In this document: positions 56,226 to 64,000 of the stretch, piece by piece
Layout: every line of letters starts with the position of its first letter
Position numbering within the stretch: position 1 is the stretch's first letter
Assembly (NCBI GenBank): GCA_964579265.1
Contig: CAZOFO010000003.1
Coordinates: 1-64,000 of the forward strand
Direction: 5' to 3'
Source: Candidatus Micrarchaeota archaeon
Lineage (GTDB): Archaea > B1Sed10-29
DNA length: 64,000 nucleotides
Notes under the pieces: model-generated
Told to the model about the DNA's origin: nothing
The model's database searches: none
The model's input: only the letters and a program-made list of their open reading frames with translations
Translations under genes and position numbers: made by a program

Positions 56226-56732
56226 TTATTTATTCTTTATTTCTTCTGCTATTTTTTCTACTTCCAGTTTTTCGTCTCTGTGTTCTTCTATGTGTTCTCC
56301 TTCTATCCTTCTTTCATTTGGGAGGATTTTTTCTCCGTGGGGTACTTCTAATCCTGTTTCTAGAACTCCTTTTAGTAATGCAAATTCTTTTCCTCCTTCT
56401 GTAGGTGTTCTTCGACCTATATCGAGTACTGCTTCTTCTATTCCTTTTTCTTTTGATTTTTTCCCTATTAATAATCCTGTTAGGTAAGCTGCAGGTGTGT
56501 TTGATAAGTTTCCTTTGTATCCGTATTCTCTTAGTTCTTTTGAATTTACTTGGATTATTGTTTCATCTCCTTTTGGGTTGTATTTGATTATTTGTGCTGT
56601 TATGGTCTTGTTTTGTATTCTTATGACTAGTCTTTTCTTTCCTGACTTTATTAGTTTTATTCTTTTTCTGTAGTCTGTTTTTCCTTCTCTTCGTCTTCGT
56701 CTTGGTACTCTATATCTTTTTCCTTCTGCCAT
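56226..56732 (-). CDS. rpl18: 50S ribosomal protein uL18
   Basis: [23 protein letters not shown]. Confidence 0.96.
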   Translation of the reverse strand: MAEGKRYRVPRRRRREGKTDYRKRIKLIKSGKKRLVIRIQNKTITAQIIKYNPKGDETIIQVNSKELREYGYKGNLSNTPAAYLTGLLIGKKSKEKGIEEAVLDIGRRTPTEGGKEFALLKGVLETGLEVPHGEKILPNERRIEGEHIEEHRDEKLEVEKIAEEIKNK

Positions 56733-56744
56733 TTTTATCCTCTT

Positions 56745-57167
56745 TTAGTTTTCTTTTCTTAAGTCGTTTTGTTCTATGTGGTTCATGAGCTGTTTCTTAT
56801 TTTTGAAGGCGTTTCCTTTGATTTTCTTGTATAATTCTTGATACGCTCCTGGTTTTAGTTGTGGTTTGATTTGTTTTAATTTTTTTCTCTGTGCTCTTAC
56901 TTTTTCCATCCATTCGTCTTTTGATTTTTTCCTGGCTTCTTTTGCTCCTTTTCTTTTTCCTTTTCTTTTTCTTTTCTTTTTTATTTTTTTTGTCTTTCTG
57001 CTTGTTCCTTTTTTTGGTTTTTTTGTTATTACTCCTTGTTCTATTTTTTCTTCTACGTCTTGTCTTGTCATCACTTCTTTTGCTTCTTCTGGATGGACTA
57101 TTTTCACTCTTTTTTCTCCTATGTCCATTACTTTTGATGCTAATGATTTTACTTTATTTAATTCCAT
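56745..57167 (-). CDS. rpl19e: 50S ribosomal protein eL19
   Basis: TRQDV, KGTSR, RKG.K.AR, WM.KVRAQR, KGNAF. Confidence 0.93.
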   Translation of the reverse strand: MELNKVKSLASKVMDIGEKRVKIVHPEEAKEVMTRQDVEEKIEQGVITKKPKKGTSRKTKKIKKKRKRKGKRKGAKEARKKSKDEWMEKVRAQRKKLKQIKPQLKPGAYQELYKKIKGNAFKNKKQLMNHIEQNDLRKEN

Positions 57168-57184
57168 TTTTGATCACTTTTTCT

Positions 57185-57553
57185 TTATTTGTTTAGTATT
57201 TTAAGGTCTTTTGACTCTGCCTTTTCAATTATTTTTTCTCTTTTTCTTTTTCCTACGTTTCCAGCTATTCTGACAGCGTGTTTTTCTTTGTTTAATTTCT
57301 CTATTTCTTTTGGATTGTATATTAATTTTTCCTCGTATCCTGAGGGGTGTAGTCCTCTTATTTCTTTTGGGTTTCTGTACCCTATCTTTGGTTTTGCTGG
57401 TGCTTCTCTTTTTTCTTTCCTGTGTTTGGAGTGCATTCCTCTTGGACTTCTCCATCTTCCTCCTAGTTTTTTGTATTTTCCTCTTTGTCTTTTGAATTTT
57501 GGTTTTTTCCGTTTTTTGGTTCCTACTTTTTCTCCGTTTTTCTTTTCGCTCAT
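57185..57553 (-). CDS. rpl32e: 50S ribosomal protein eL32
   Basis: PKFKRQ, WRSPRG.HSK, RGLHPSG. Confidence 0.96.
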   Translation of the reverse strand: MSEKKNGEKVGTKKRKKPKFKRQRGKYKKLGGRWRSPRGMHSKHRKEKREAPAKPKIGYRNPKEIRGLHPSGYEEKLIYNPKEIEKLNKEKHAVRIAGNVGKRKREKIIEKAESKDLKILNK

Positions 57554-57566
57554 TTTGTTCACCTGT

Positions 57567-58094
57567 TTAGTCTCTTGGTTTTTTTGTAATGTAGATACCG
57601 TCTTCGAATACTCTTGGATCTTTGTTTTTTATCCATGTTGCTTGTTCTAAGTTTGCTGCGGTTTGTCCTGCTTTTTCTTTGTCTTTTCCTTTTACTGTTA
57701 TTTCTTCTCCTTTTATTTCTACTTCTGTATCTCCTAGTATGTCCACGTATCTTGGTTCTTGTTCTCCTGCGAAATTTTCTATTTTTATTTTATCTTTTTC
57801 TTTATTTACTCTCATTGGGAAGTGTTGATAGATTATTCTTAATTTGTATTCGTGTCCTTTTTGTAGGCCTTTTATCATGTTTTGTATTTTTCCTTGTATT
57901 GTTCCGAGCATTGCTTTTTGATGTTTTTTGACTGGTTCTTCTGTTGTTATCTTGATCTCTTTGTCTTCTTTTTTTAGTTTTATTTTTTCTAGGTCGAATT
58001 TTTTTTCTAGAGTTTCTCCGTTTTTTGTTGCTTTTACTTTGTTTTTGGAGATCTCCATTTCGATATCTTCTGGTATTTCTACTTTTCTTTGCAT
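57567..58094 (-). CDS. rpl6: 50S ribosomal protein uL6
   Basis: NMIKG, HFPM, NFAGE, GQTAANLEQ, DPRVFEDGIYI. Confidence 0.96.
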   Translation of the reverse strand: MQRKVEIPEDIEMEISKNKVKATKNGETLEKKFDLEKIKLKKEDKEIKITTEEPVKKHQKAMLGTIQGKIQNMIKGLQKGHEYKLRIIYQHFPMRVNKEKDKIKIENFAGEQEPRYVDILGDTEVEIKGEEITVKGKDKEKAGQTAANLEQATWIKNKDPRVFEDGIYITKKPRD

Positions 58095-58112
58095 TTTGAT
58101 CACTTTTGATTT

Positions 58113-58496
58113 TTAGTATATGTAAGCTAGTGCTCTTCCTCCTGTTTCTCTTTTTTCTGCTTCTTCAGCTGTCATGATTCCTTTTGGTGTTGTTACTATT
58201 AGATGTCCGAAATTTTCTGCTGGTAGGTATCTTTTTTTCCATTTGAGGTATTCGTCTTTTTTGACGGGGTATCTTGGTTTTATTGCTCTGCAGTTGTTTA
58301 TATTTCCTTTTAGTTCTATTCTATATATTCCTGCTTTTCCATTGTCTATGTATTCATATTCTCCTATGTAGTTTTTCTTTTGAAGTATTTTTAGTATGTT
58401 TCCTATTAGTTTTGACGCTGGTTTGACTATGCATTCTTCTTTACTAGCGTCTTCTGAGTTTTTCAAGTTTATCATTGCTTCTTCTAGTCTATCCAT
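58113..58496 (-). CDS. rps8: 30S ribosomal protein uS8
   Basis: PASKLI, YIGEYE, IKPRY, YLPA..FG, GGRALAYIY. Confidence 0.96.
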   Translation of the reverse strand: MDRLEEAMINLKNSEDASKEECIVKPASKLIGNILKILQKKNYIGEYEYIDNGKAGIYRIELKGNINNCRAIKPRYPVKKDEYLKWKKRYLPAENFGHLIVTTPKGIMTAEEAEKRETGGRALAYIY

Positions 58497-58509
58497 ATTT
58501 ATCACTTTT

Positions 58510-58683
58510 TTATCCGCCGTATTTTTTGAATCCGAGTTCTTCTGCTTTTTCTCTAAAGCATTTTCTACATATTTTTAATCCGTATTTTCTTATTACTCCG
58601 TTTTTGTTTCCGCAGAATCTGCAGACTCTTTCTTCTTCTCCTTTTCGTGAGTATGAATGTTTTTTTTCTTTTGTTTCTGACAT
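58510..58683 (-). CDS. rps14: 30S ribosomal protein uS14 (Zn-binding); not in ORF track
   Basis: Manual translation [57 protein letters not shown]. Confidence 0.96.
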   Translation of the reverse strand: MSETKEKKHSYSRKGEEERVCRFCGNKNGVIRKYGLKICRKCFREKAEELGFKKYGG

Positions 58684-58696
58684 GGTTTCACCTTTT

Positions 58697-59206
58697 TTAT
58701 TCTTTTATCTCTATGTTGAATTTGTCTGTTAGGTAATCGATTGAGTCTTTTGGTTTTAATCTGTGTTTTTCAGGGATTTTTTTCTGTTCTTTTTTCCGTT
58801 TTTTGGTTCTGTATCCCCATTTTTCCATTGTTATGTTTACATCCATTCCGTACATCCCTATATCTGCGTCGTATTCTATTCCTGGGATGTCTATGTATTC
58901 TGAGATCCCGAAGTTAAGGTTTCCTTGTTGGTCGAAATTTTTTCTTTGTAATTCATTTCCTATTGCTTCGAATGCTCTTTCAAGGAATTCTTCTGCTTCT
59001 TTGTCCCTTAGTGTGACTTTTGTTCCCATTGCTTTTCCTTCTCTTACTCCCCATTGAGGTACTTTTGTTTTTCCTCTTGTTTTGACGGGTTTTTTTCCTG
59101 TGATTCTTTCTAGTAGTTTTTGTGCTTTGTTCAGGCTTTCTCCTGAGGTTCCTACTCCTATGTTGACTGTTACTTTTTCTATTCCTATTTTTTCTTTGTC
59201 CGTCAT
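58697..59206 (-). CDS. rpl5: 50S ribosomal protein uL5
   Basis: [34 protein letters not shown]. Confidence 0.97.
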   Translation of the reverse strand: MTDKEKIGIEKVTVNIGVGTSGESLNKAQKLLERITGKKPVKTRGKTKVPQWGVREGKAMGTKVTLRDKEAEEFLERAFEAIGNELQRKNFDQQGNLNFGISEYIDIPGIEYDADIGMYGMDVNITMEKWGYRTKKRKKEQKKIPEKHRLKPKDSIDYLTDKFNIEIKE

Positions 59207-59218
59207 TTTTTCACCTTT

Positions 59219-59923
59219 TTATTCTTTTTTTGTTTGTATTTCTGTTTCTTTTTCTCCTACTGGGAATACGTTCTTTTTTTGTGTTTCTATATCTTCTAAT
59301 TTTATTAGTGGTGGTCTTGAGCTTGTTCCTGGCATTTCTCCAGTTATTTCTTGTATTTCTCCGAAGTGTTTTCCGCTCATTATGTATGCTTGGTTTCCTT
59401 CTTTCATTTTAATTATTTTTTGTATTTCTTTTTCAGGTAGATTGATTTTTACTGCGTCTCCTGTGTTTACTTCTTCGTTTATGATGTTTTTTCCATCATG
59501 GAGAGTTATTTGGGTTTTTCCTCCTTTGATTTTTTGTTTGTGGTTTACTCTTCCTAGTTTGTAGTTTGCTTCTTTTCCTTCTTTTATTTCTATGAATATT
59601 ATTTTTCCTTTTTCGTTGTAAACTGCTCTGTAGTTTTTTTTGCTTGGTTGGATTGTTAATACGTCCATGAATCCGACTGAATATCTTGGGTTTTTCACGG
59701 TTTTTTTATCCACCTGTATTTTTCCTTCTTTTATTATTCTTTCTGCTTCTTTTGCGTTATCCACTACTTCAATGTGGTTTCTTAATGCTGTTTTTAGGGG
59801 TATTGATGATTTTTCTTCGTGAGGTCCTGGTGCTGTTTTTGCTGTCCAGGTTTCGGTTTTCCTGTTTATTTTCTGGGTGTTAGGTGCGTCTAGTCTTTTT
59901 CTACTCTTGCTGTTCTTTGTCAT
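59219..59923 (-). CDS. rps4e: 30S ribosomal protein eS4
   Basis: PGPH, VGFMDV, QITLHDGKN, SGKHFG. Confidence 0.95.
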   Translation of the reverse strand: MTKNSKSRKRLDAPNTQKINRKTETWTAKTAPGPHEEKSSIPLKTALRNHIEVVDNAKEAERIIKEGKIQVDKKTVKNPRYSVGFMDVLTIQPSKKNYRAVYNEKGKIIFIEIKEGKEANYKLGRVNHKQKIKGGKTQITLHDGKNIINEEVNTGDAVKINLPEKEIQKIIKMKEGNQAYIMSGKHFGEIQEITGEMPGTSSRPPLIKLEDIETQKKNVFPVGEKETEIQTKKE

Positions 59924-60314
59924 CTTTATCCTCCTTGTCTTTAGTTTCTATATTTTTTCCTTTCTTTATTTTTTGTTCTCTTTTTGGATCTTCTAAGTCT
60001 AGTTTGGTGATCATGAGGTTTGAGGGGTGGAATTTTATGTTTACTCTTTCTTGGTCTTGTGTTTCTCTTTCTATGTCTTCTATCTCTACTTTATATTCTT
60101 TTAAGTTTACTTTTTTTACTTCTCCTGTTTTTCCTTTGTGGTCTCCTCTTTGAACTTTTACTTTGTCTCCTTCTCTTACTTGGGTTCTTCTTGTTTCGAA
60201 TTTTTCTTTTAGGCTTGGTTTTAGTGGTATTGTCATTTCTTTCTGTCTTTGGTGTAGTGAGGCGTTTCTTTCTTTTTTTCTCTGTTTGCTCGGGTTTTTA
60301 ATTTTTCTTCTCAT
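59901..60314 (-). CDS. rpl24: 50S ribosomal protein uL24
   Basis: PSKQRK, KOW motif VREGDKVKVQRG, HPSNLMITKL. Confidence 0.95.
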   Translation of the reverse strand: MRRKIKNPSKQRKKERNASLHQRQKEMTIPLKPSLKEKFETRRTQVREGDKVKVQRGDHKGKTGEVKKVNLKEYKVEIEDIERETQDQERVNIKFHPSNLMITKLDLEDPKREQKIKKGKNIETKDKEDKDDKEQQE

Positions 60315-60336
60315 TTTATTTCCCTCTTTTGGTTAT

Positions 60337-60735
60337 TTATACAACGTTTTTAGCGATTGTAGCTACTTTTGGCATTCTTTCTCCTACTTCTTTTGCTACT
60401 ACTCCTTTTATTTCGGTTCCTACTGGGTCTCCTTTTTCGTCTATTAGCACTGCGGCGTTGTCTTCGAATTCTATCCTTTTTCCATCTGGTCTTTTGAATT
60501 CTTTTTTTTGCCTTATTAGTATTGCTCTTACTAGTTCTCTTCTCATGTCTATGTTTCCTTCTATTACTGATGCTTTGAATATCTCTGCTATTCCTATTTG
60601 TGGTCTTCTTCGTCTTCTCGTTCCTTCTCCTTCTTTTGAAACTACTTGTATCTTCTTTGCACCGCTGTTATCATCTACTTTTACTTTACTTCCTTTTTGC
60701 AGTGATTTTGTCGCGCTTGTTCCTAGTCCTTTCAT
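60337..60735 (-). CDS. rpl14: 50S ribosomal protein uL14
   Basis: DNSGAK, IRQKKEFKRPDG, FEDNAAV, GVVAKE. Confidence 0.96.
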   Translation of the reverse strand: MKGLGTSATKSLQKGSKVKVDDNSGAKKIQVVSKEGEGTRRRRRPQIGIAEIFKASVIEGNIDMRRELVRAILIRQKKEFKRPDGKRIEFEDNAAVLIDEKGDPVGTEIKGVVAKEVGERMPKVATIAKNVV

Positions 60736-60746
60736 TTTTATCGCCT

Positions 60747-61031
60747 TTATTCTTCTGTTTCTATAACTACGAAGTGTTTTTCTTTGCTTATTGGTTTACA
60801 CTCTGCTACTTTTACTTTGTCTCCTTCTTCTATTTCTTTGCAGGGAGGTTTGTGAGCTGTTATTTTGCTGTGTCTCCTTTCGCTTCTTTCATATTTTGGT
60901 ACTTTTACTAGGTATTCTCTTCTTCCTATGATTGTGTCTTTTGGTTTAGTTGATGTAACTTTTACTGTGAATCTGTCTCCGTGTGTTTTTATTGATCCGT
61001 GTTCAGGACAGTTTTTATCTGTACAGGTCAT
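60747..61031 (-). CDS. rps17: 30S ribosomal protein uS17
   Basis: CTDKNCPEHG, PKYER, AHKPPC, ECKPISK. Confidence 0.96.
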   Translation of the reverse strand: MTCTDKNCPEHGSIKTHGDRFTVKVTSTKPKDTIIGRREYLVKVPKYERSERRHSKITAHKPPCKEIEEGDKVKVAECKPISKEKHFVVIETEE

Positions 61032-61326
61032 TGTATTTCCTCCAGTTTTTCTTTATTCTGTCTTCAGGTCTGTGTTTTATTTTTTTACCTTTTATAGTGA
61101 TTTTTTGGTTGTTTATGGTGAATTTGAATTTTGATGTTTTTTTTGGTATTGTTTTTTCTTTTCCTTTTTTTGTTTCGATTTTTACCGTGTTTTTTGTTTC
61201 GTCTATTATTTTTCCAGTTATTTTTTCTTTGTTTGAGTCTGTGCTTTTTTTTACTTCTACTTCTCTTCCTATTAATTCGCCCATTATTAATTGGGCTTTT
61301 TTCTTTCTTCTTTTTTCCTCCTGCAT
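61015..61326 (-). CDS. rnp1: RNase P protein subunit Rpp29
   Basis: ELIGREVEV, GKIIDETKNT, RPEDRIK. Confidence 0.92.
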   Translation of the reverse strand: MQEEKRRKKKAQLIMGELIGREVEVKKSTDSNKEKITGKIIDETKNTVKIETKKGKEKTIPKKTSKFKFTINNQKITIKGKKIKHRPEDRIKKNWRKYNDLYR

Positions 61327-61346
61327 TTTTTTCCTTTTTCTGTGGT

Positions 61347-61661
61347 TTATTTGATGTTTATTTGTTCTTCTGTGTAGTTCATGTCTTTTAATATTTCTTT
61401 CATTTTTCTTTTATGGTTTCCTTGTAGTTCTATTTTTCCTTTGTCTTCTTTGTATGTTCCTCCGCATGCTAGTTTCTTTTTCAGGTCGCTTGCCAGTGAT
61501 TCTAGGTCTATTTCGTCTCCGAATCCTTCTACCACTGTCATTTCTTTTCCGTATCTTTTTTTCTCTATTTTTACTGTGATCTCTTGTTCTTCTTTGCTTA
61601 TTTCTTCACATACACAGAGTTCTTTTGGCATTCCACATGTTGCGCAGACTTCTTGAGCCAT
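61347..61661 (-). CDS. Translation initiation factor aIF1 (SUI1)
   Basis: CGMPKELCVCE, RYGK, LKKKLACGGT, IELQGNH. Confidence 0.95.
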   Translation of the reverse strand: MAQEVCATCGMPKELCVCEEISKEEQEITVKIEKKRYGKEMTVVEGFGDEIDLESLASDLKKKLACGGTYKEDKGKIELQGNHKRKMKEILKDMNYTEEQINIK

Positions 61662-61868
61662 TTAGTTCTTTGCACCTCTTTCTTTTAATATTGTTTTTAT
61701 CCTTGCGATTGTTCTTCTTATTTCTTTGATTCCTCCAGGGTTATCTGGTTGGGTTCCTGAAGCTATTGATGCTTTTTCTTGAGCTAGTTCGTTTTGTAGT
61801 TGATTTAATTGTTCTTTTAGTTCTTCGTTTCCCATTTCTCTTAGTTCGTGAATTTTCTTTATTGCCAT
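61662..61868 (-). CDS. rpl29: 50S ribosomal protein uL29
   Basis: ELREM, NPGGIKEIRRTIARIKT. Confidence 0.95.
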   Translation of the reverse strand: MAIKKIHELREMGNEELKEQLNQLQNELAQEKASIASGTQPDNPGGIKEIRRTIARIKTILKERGAKN

Positions 61869-61869
61869 T

Positions 61870-62493
61870 TTAATCACTTTCTTCTTCTTTTATTTCTATG
61901 TATTCTTCTGGGTTTTTCTTGTCTCTGAATTGTGCTTCTGGTGGTGCTATTCTTACTTTTATTCCTACTTTTCCTTGTGGTAGTACTATGCTGTCTTTTG
62001 TTTCTCTTATTTTTTTGGTTTCTTCTCCTGCTTTTTTGAGATATCCTCTTTGTGCTTTTGCTTGTCTTGAGTAGGTGTTTGCTCCTGTTATGACTCCTGT
62101 GATTATGATCTCTGCTCCTATTGCTCCGTCATCCATGATGGCGTTTATTGCTTTTTTAGTCGCTCTGTTTGCTCTGATGCCTTTTGAAAGCATTGATTTT
62201 ATCCAGTTACTAACTAGTTCTGGGTGTAGGTTTCTTCTTTCTACTTCTTCAACATCTATTTCTACATCTTCTAGTTTTAGGTCTTTTTCTAGTTTCTTTT
62301 TTATTCTTTTGACTGTTTTTCCTCTTTTACCTATTATTAATCCTGGTTTTTCTGCTGTTATTCTTATTCTGTGGCCTAAGGTTGTTTTTTCTATGTCTAT
62401 GTTTACTATGCCTGCTTTTGATAGTTCTTCTCTTAGCAGTTCTTTTGCGTTTTGTGTTTTTATTGATCCTTTTACGAATTCTTTTTCTTTCAT
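61870..62493 (-). CDS. rps3: 30S ribosomal protein uS3
   Basis: KH domain KPGLIIGKRG, GAIGAEI, GKVGIKVRI. Confidence 0.96.
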   Translation of the reverse strand: MKEKEFVKGSIKTQNAKELLREELSKAGIVNIDIEKTTLGHRIRITAEKPGLIIGKRGKTVKRIKKKLEKDLKLEDVEIDVEEVERRNLHPELVSNWIKSMLSKGIRANRATKKAINAIMDDGAIGAEIIITGVITGANTYSRQAKAQRGYLKKAGEETKKIRETKDSIVLPQGKVGIKVRIAPPEAQFRDKKNPEEYIEIKEEESD

Positions 62494-62506
62494 TTTTTAT
62501 CCTTTT

Positions 62507-62941
62507 TTATTTTTTGTTTTGTTTGATTACTATTTCGATGTCTGTTAGGTTTGTTGATCTTGCTCTTTGGTTTCTTCTTGGTTTTCTTACGGATCCTGAT
62601 TTTTTTGCTGCTGAGTGGACTATTTTCATGTTTTCTGTTTCTAGTCCTTGGTTTTCAGCGTTGTTTAGGGCGTTTTGTATTGTTTCTTTTACTTTTTCTG
62701 CTGATTTTTTTGGGTATCCGCCCGGTGTTCCTTTTTTTCTGTGTGGTGTTTTTTTGTTGTATCTTTTGTAGGGGATGTATTCTTCTTTTTTTATCACTTT
62801 TTCCAGGTATTCTATTGCTTTTTTGGCTTTCATTTCTTTTACTGCTCTGCATGTTTCGATTGTTTTTTTTGGTGATACTGTTTCTCTTCTTTTTTTTGCT
62901 TTTGCCGTGTTTTCCATTGGTCCTTGGTAGCTGAAACTCAT
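62507..62941 (-). CDS. rpl22: 50S ribosomal protein uL22
   Basis: SPKK..E.C, HRK, GYPKK, NAENQGL. Confidence 0.94.
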   Translation of the reverse strand: MSFSYQGPMENTAKAKKRRETVSPKKTIETCRAVKEMKAKKAIEYLEKVIKKEEYIPYKRYNKKTPHRKKGTPGGYPKKSAEKVKETIQNALNNAENQGLETENMKIVHSAAKKSGSVRKPRRNQRARSTNLTDIEIVIKQNKK

Positions 62942-62952
62942 TTTTATCACTT

Positions 62953-63345
62953 TTATTTGACGGATAGGAATTTGGTTCCTCTTGTTGCTCCGATTCCTGG
63001 TCCTGAGTGTTTGACTTTTTCTAATCTTGGTAGTGCGAATTCTCCTAGGTAGTGACCGATCATTTTAGGTTTTATTTCGATTGTTTTCCATTCTTTTCCG
63101 TTATATACTTTTATTTTTTCGTTGAATATTTCTGGTAAGATTATGAGGTCTCTTTGATGTGTTTTTACGAGTTCGTTGCCGTTGTTATTTTTTATTTTTT
63201 CAATTAGTTTTTCTTGTTCGTTTGTTAGTCCTCTTTTTAGAGTTCTTCTTTGTCTTGCGGGTAGTAGTTCGGCTATTTCTTCTCTGCTCATTTTCTTTAG
63301 TTCTTTTGGTGTTTTTCCTCTGTATTTGAATTCTTCTTTAGCCAT
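62953..63345 (-). CDS. rps19: 30S ribosomal protein uS19
   Basis: FKYRGK, PARQRR, KTHQRD, MIGHYLGEF, PGIGATR. Confidence 0.97.
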   Translation of the reverse strand: MAKEEFKYRGKTPKELKKMSREEIAELLPARQRRTLKRGLTNEQEKLIEKIKNNNGNELVKTHQRDLIILPEIFNEKIKVYNGKEWKTIEIKPKMIGHYLGEFALPRLEKVKHSGPGIGATRGTKFLSVK

Positions 63346-63362
63346 TTTTTGCACCTCTTATT

Positions 63363-64000
63363 TTATTTTTTGTTTTTTCCTTTCTTTTTCCCTGTTTGTT
63401 TTGATCCGAATGATCCTACGTGTTGTCCAGGAGGGGCTGTTTTTCCTTTTTTGGTGACTGTTTGTCTTCCAGTTCCTCCGAATGGGTGGTCCACTGCGTT
63501 CATTGCTACTCCTCTTACTGTTGGGAATTTTTGTCCTCTTGCTTTTTTCTTGTGGTATTGTTTTCCTGCTTTTAGTATTGGTTTTTCTGTTCTTCCTCCA
63601 CCTGCTGCTTTTCCTATTGTTGCTCTGCATTTTGGATGGAATTCTTTGATTGTTTTGCTTGGTAGTGTGACTTGTATTTTTGTTTTTTCTTTTGCTGTGA
63701 CCCAGCTTAGTGCTCCTGATGATCTTGCTATTTTTCCTCCGTCTCCTGGAGTGTTTTCTATGTTGTATACTGGGTATCCTTCCGGTATGTTTTGTAGTGA
63801 TGTGATGTTGTGTAGGTTAGGTTCTGCTTTATATCCTGTTTTTATTTTTTCCCCTATTTTTGCTCCTTCGGGCGCTGGGAGATAACCTTTTTCTCCTGTT
63901 TCATATTTTAGCTCCATTATTAACGCGGTTCTTGATGGATCGTTTATTATGTCTTGTATTTGTGCTTCTGTTTCTTTTTCTGCGTTTTCTCTGTATCTTG
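63363..64000 (-). CDS. rpl2: 50S ribosomal protein uL2 (5' truncated by window edge)
   Basis: Frame open to window end (IQDIINDPSRTA); NIENTPGDGGK, VRGVAMNAVDHPFGG. Confidence 0.96.
   Translation of the reverse strand, partial: RYRENAEKETEAQIQDIINDPSRTALIMELKYETGEKGYLPAPEGAKIGEKIKTGYKAEPNLHNITSLQNIPEGYPVYNIENTPGDGGKIARSSGALSWVTAKEKTKIQVTLPSKTIKEFHPKCRATIGKAAGGGRTEKPILKAGKQYHKKKARGQKFPTVRGVAMNAVDHPFGGTGRQTVTKKGKTAPPGQHVGSFGSKQTGKKKGKNKK

Noticed and set aside
62942..62950. N-terminal MIKM/MNKM/MIEM extensions on many r-proteins in the ORF track
   Set aside because: The upstream GTG belongs to the GTGA(T) Shine-Dalgarno-like site; the true starts are most likely the ATG 9 nt downstream.

Overview
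Gene-dense, AT-rich archaeal core-genome segment; no CRISPR array, transposase or integrase was seen. A DPANN-like lineage is inferred from the reduced superoperons, the long-type NDK, the strongly A-loaded coding strands and the acidic extracellular domains. Contents in order: a large membrane-anchored surface protein; Hel308, Cdc6/Orc1, SepF and PolD (DP1/DP2); TyrRS with its tRNA-Tyr; MscS, TgtA, a GT39 glycosyltransferase, SecF/SecD and a KaiC-like protein; CarS and DUF92; KEOPS (Kae1/Bud32); the aIF5B/eS6/aIF2g/RpoE and L7Ae/eS28/eL24/ndk clusters; GluRS; an inverted block of the Aeropyrum-type modified mevalonate pathway (UbiD-type decarboxylase, AcnX large and small subunits, IPK) facing MVK; and the S10-spc-alpha ribosomal superoperon. 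There are five tRNAs, three of them with introns (one at 37/38, two 35-nt introns at T-loop position 59/60). The most unusual observations are: (1) the same ~50-aa extra helical domain (32/49 identical by hand alignment) appended to two unrelated 30S proteins, eS6 and uS4; (2) kink-turn/K-loop motifs in the leaders of rpl7ae and of the S13-S4-S11-rpoD operon; (3) non-canonical and apparently related tRNA introns, and a tRNA-Pro(GGG) with C33 that overlaps the rpoN stop codon; (4) a KaiC-like protein lacking its catalytic residues and a surface protein with SNAP/TPR-like repeats. Three small ribosomal genes missing from the ORF track (eS31, eL24, uS14) were translated by hand. Several starts were moved to the ATG downstream of a GTGA(T) Shine-Dalgarno-like site. 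All product calls come from motif recognition and gene context, not from database searches.
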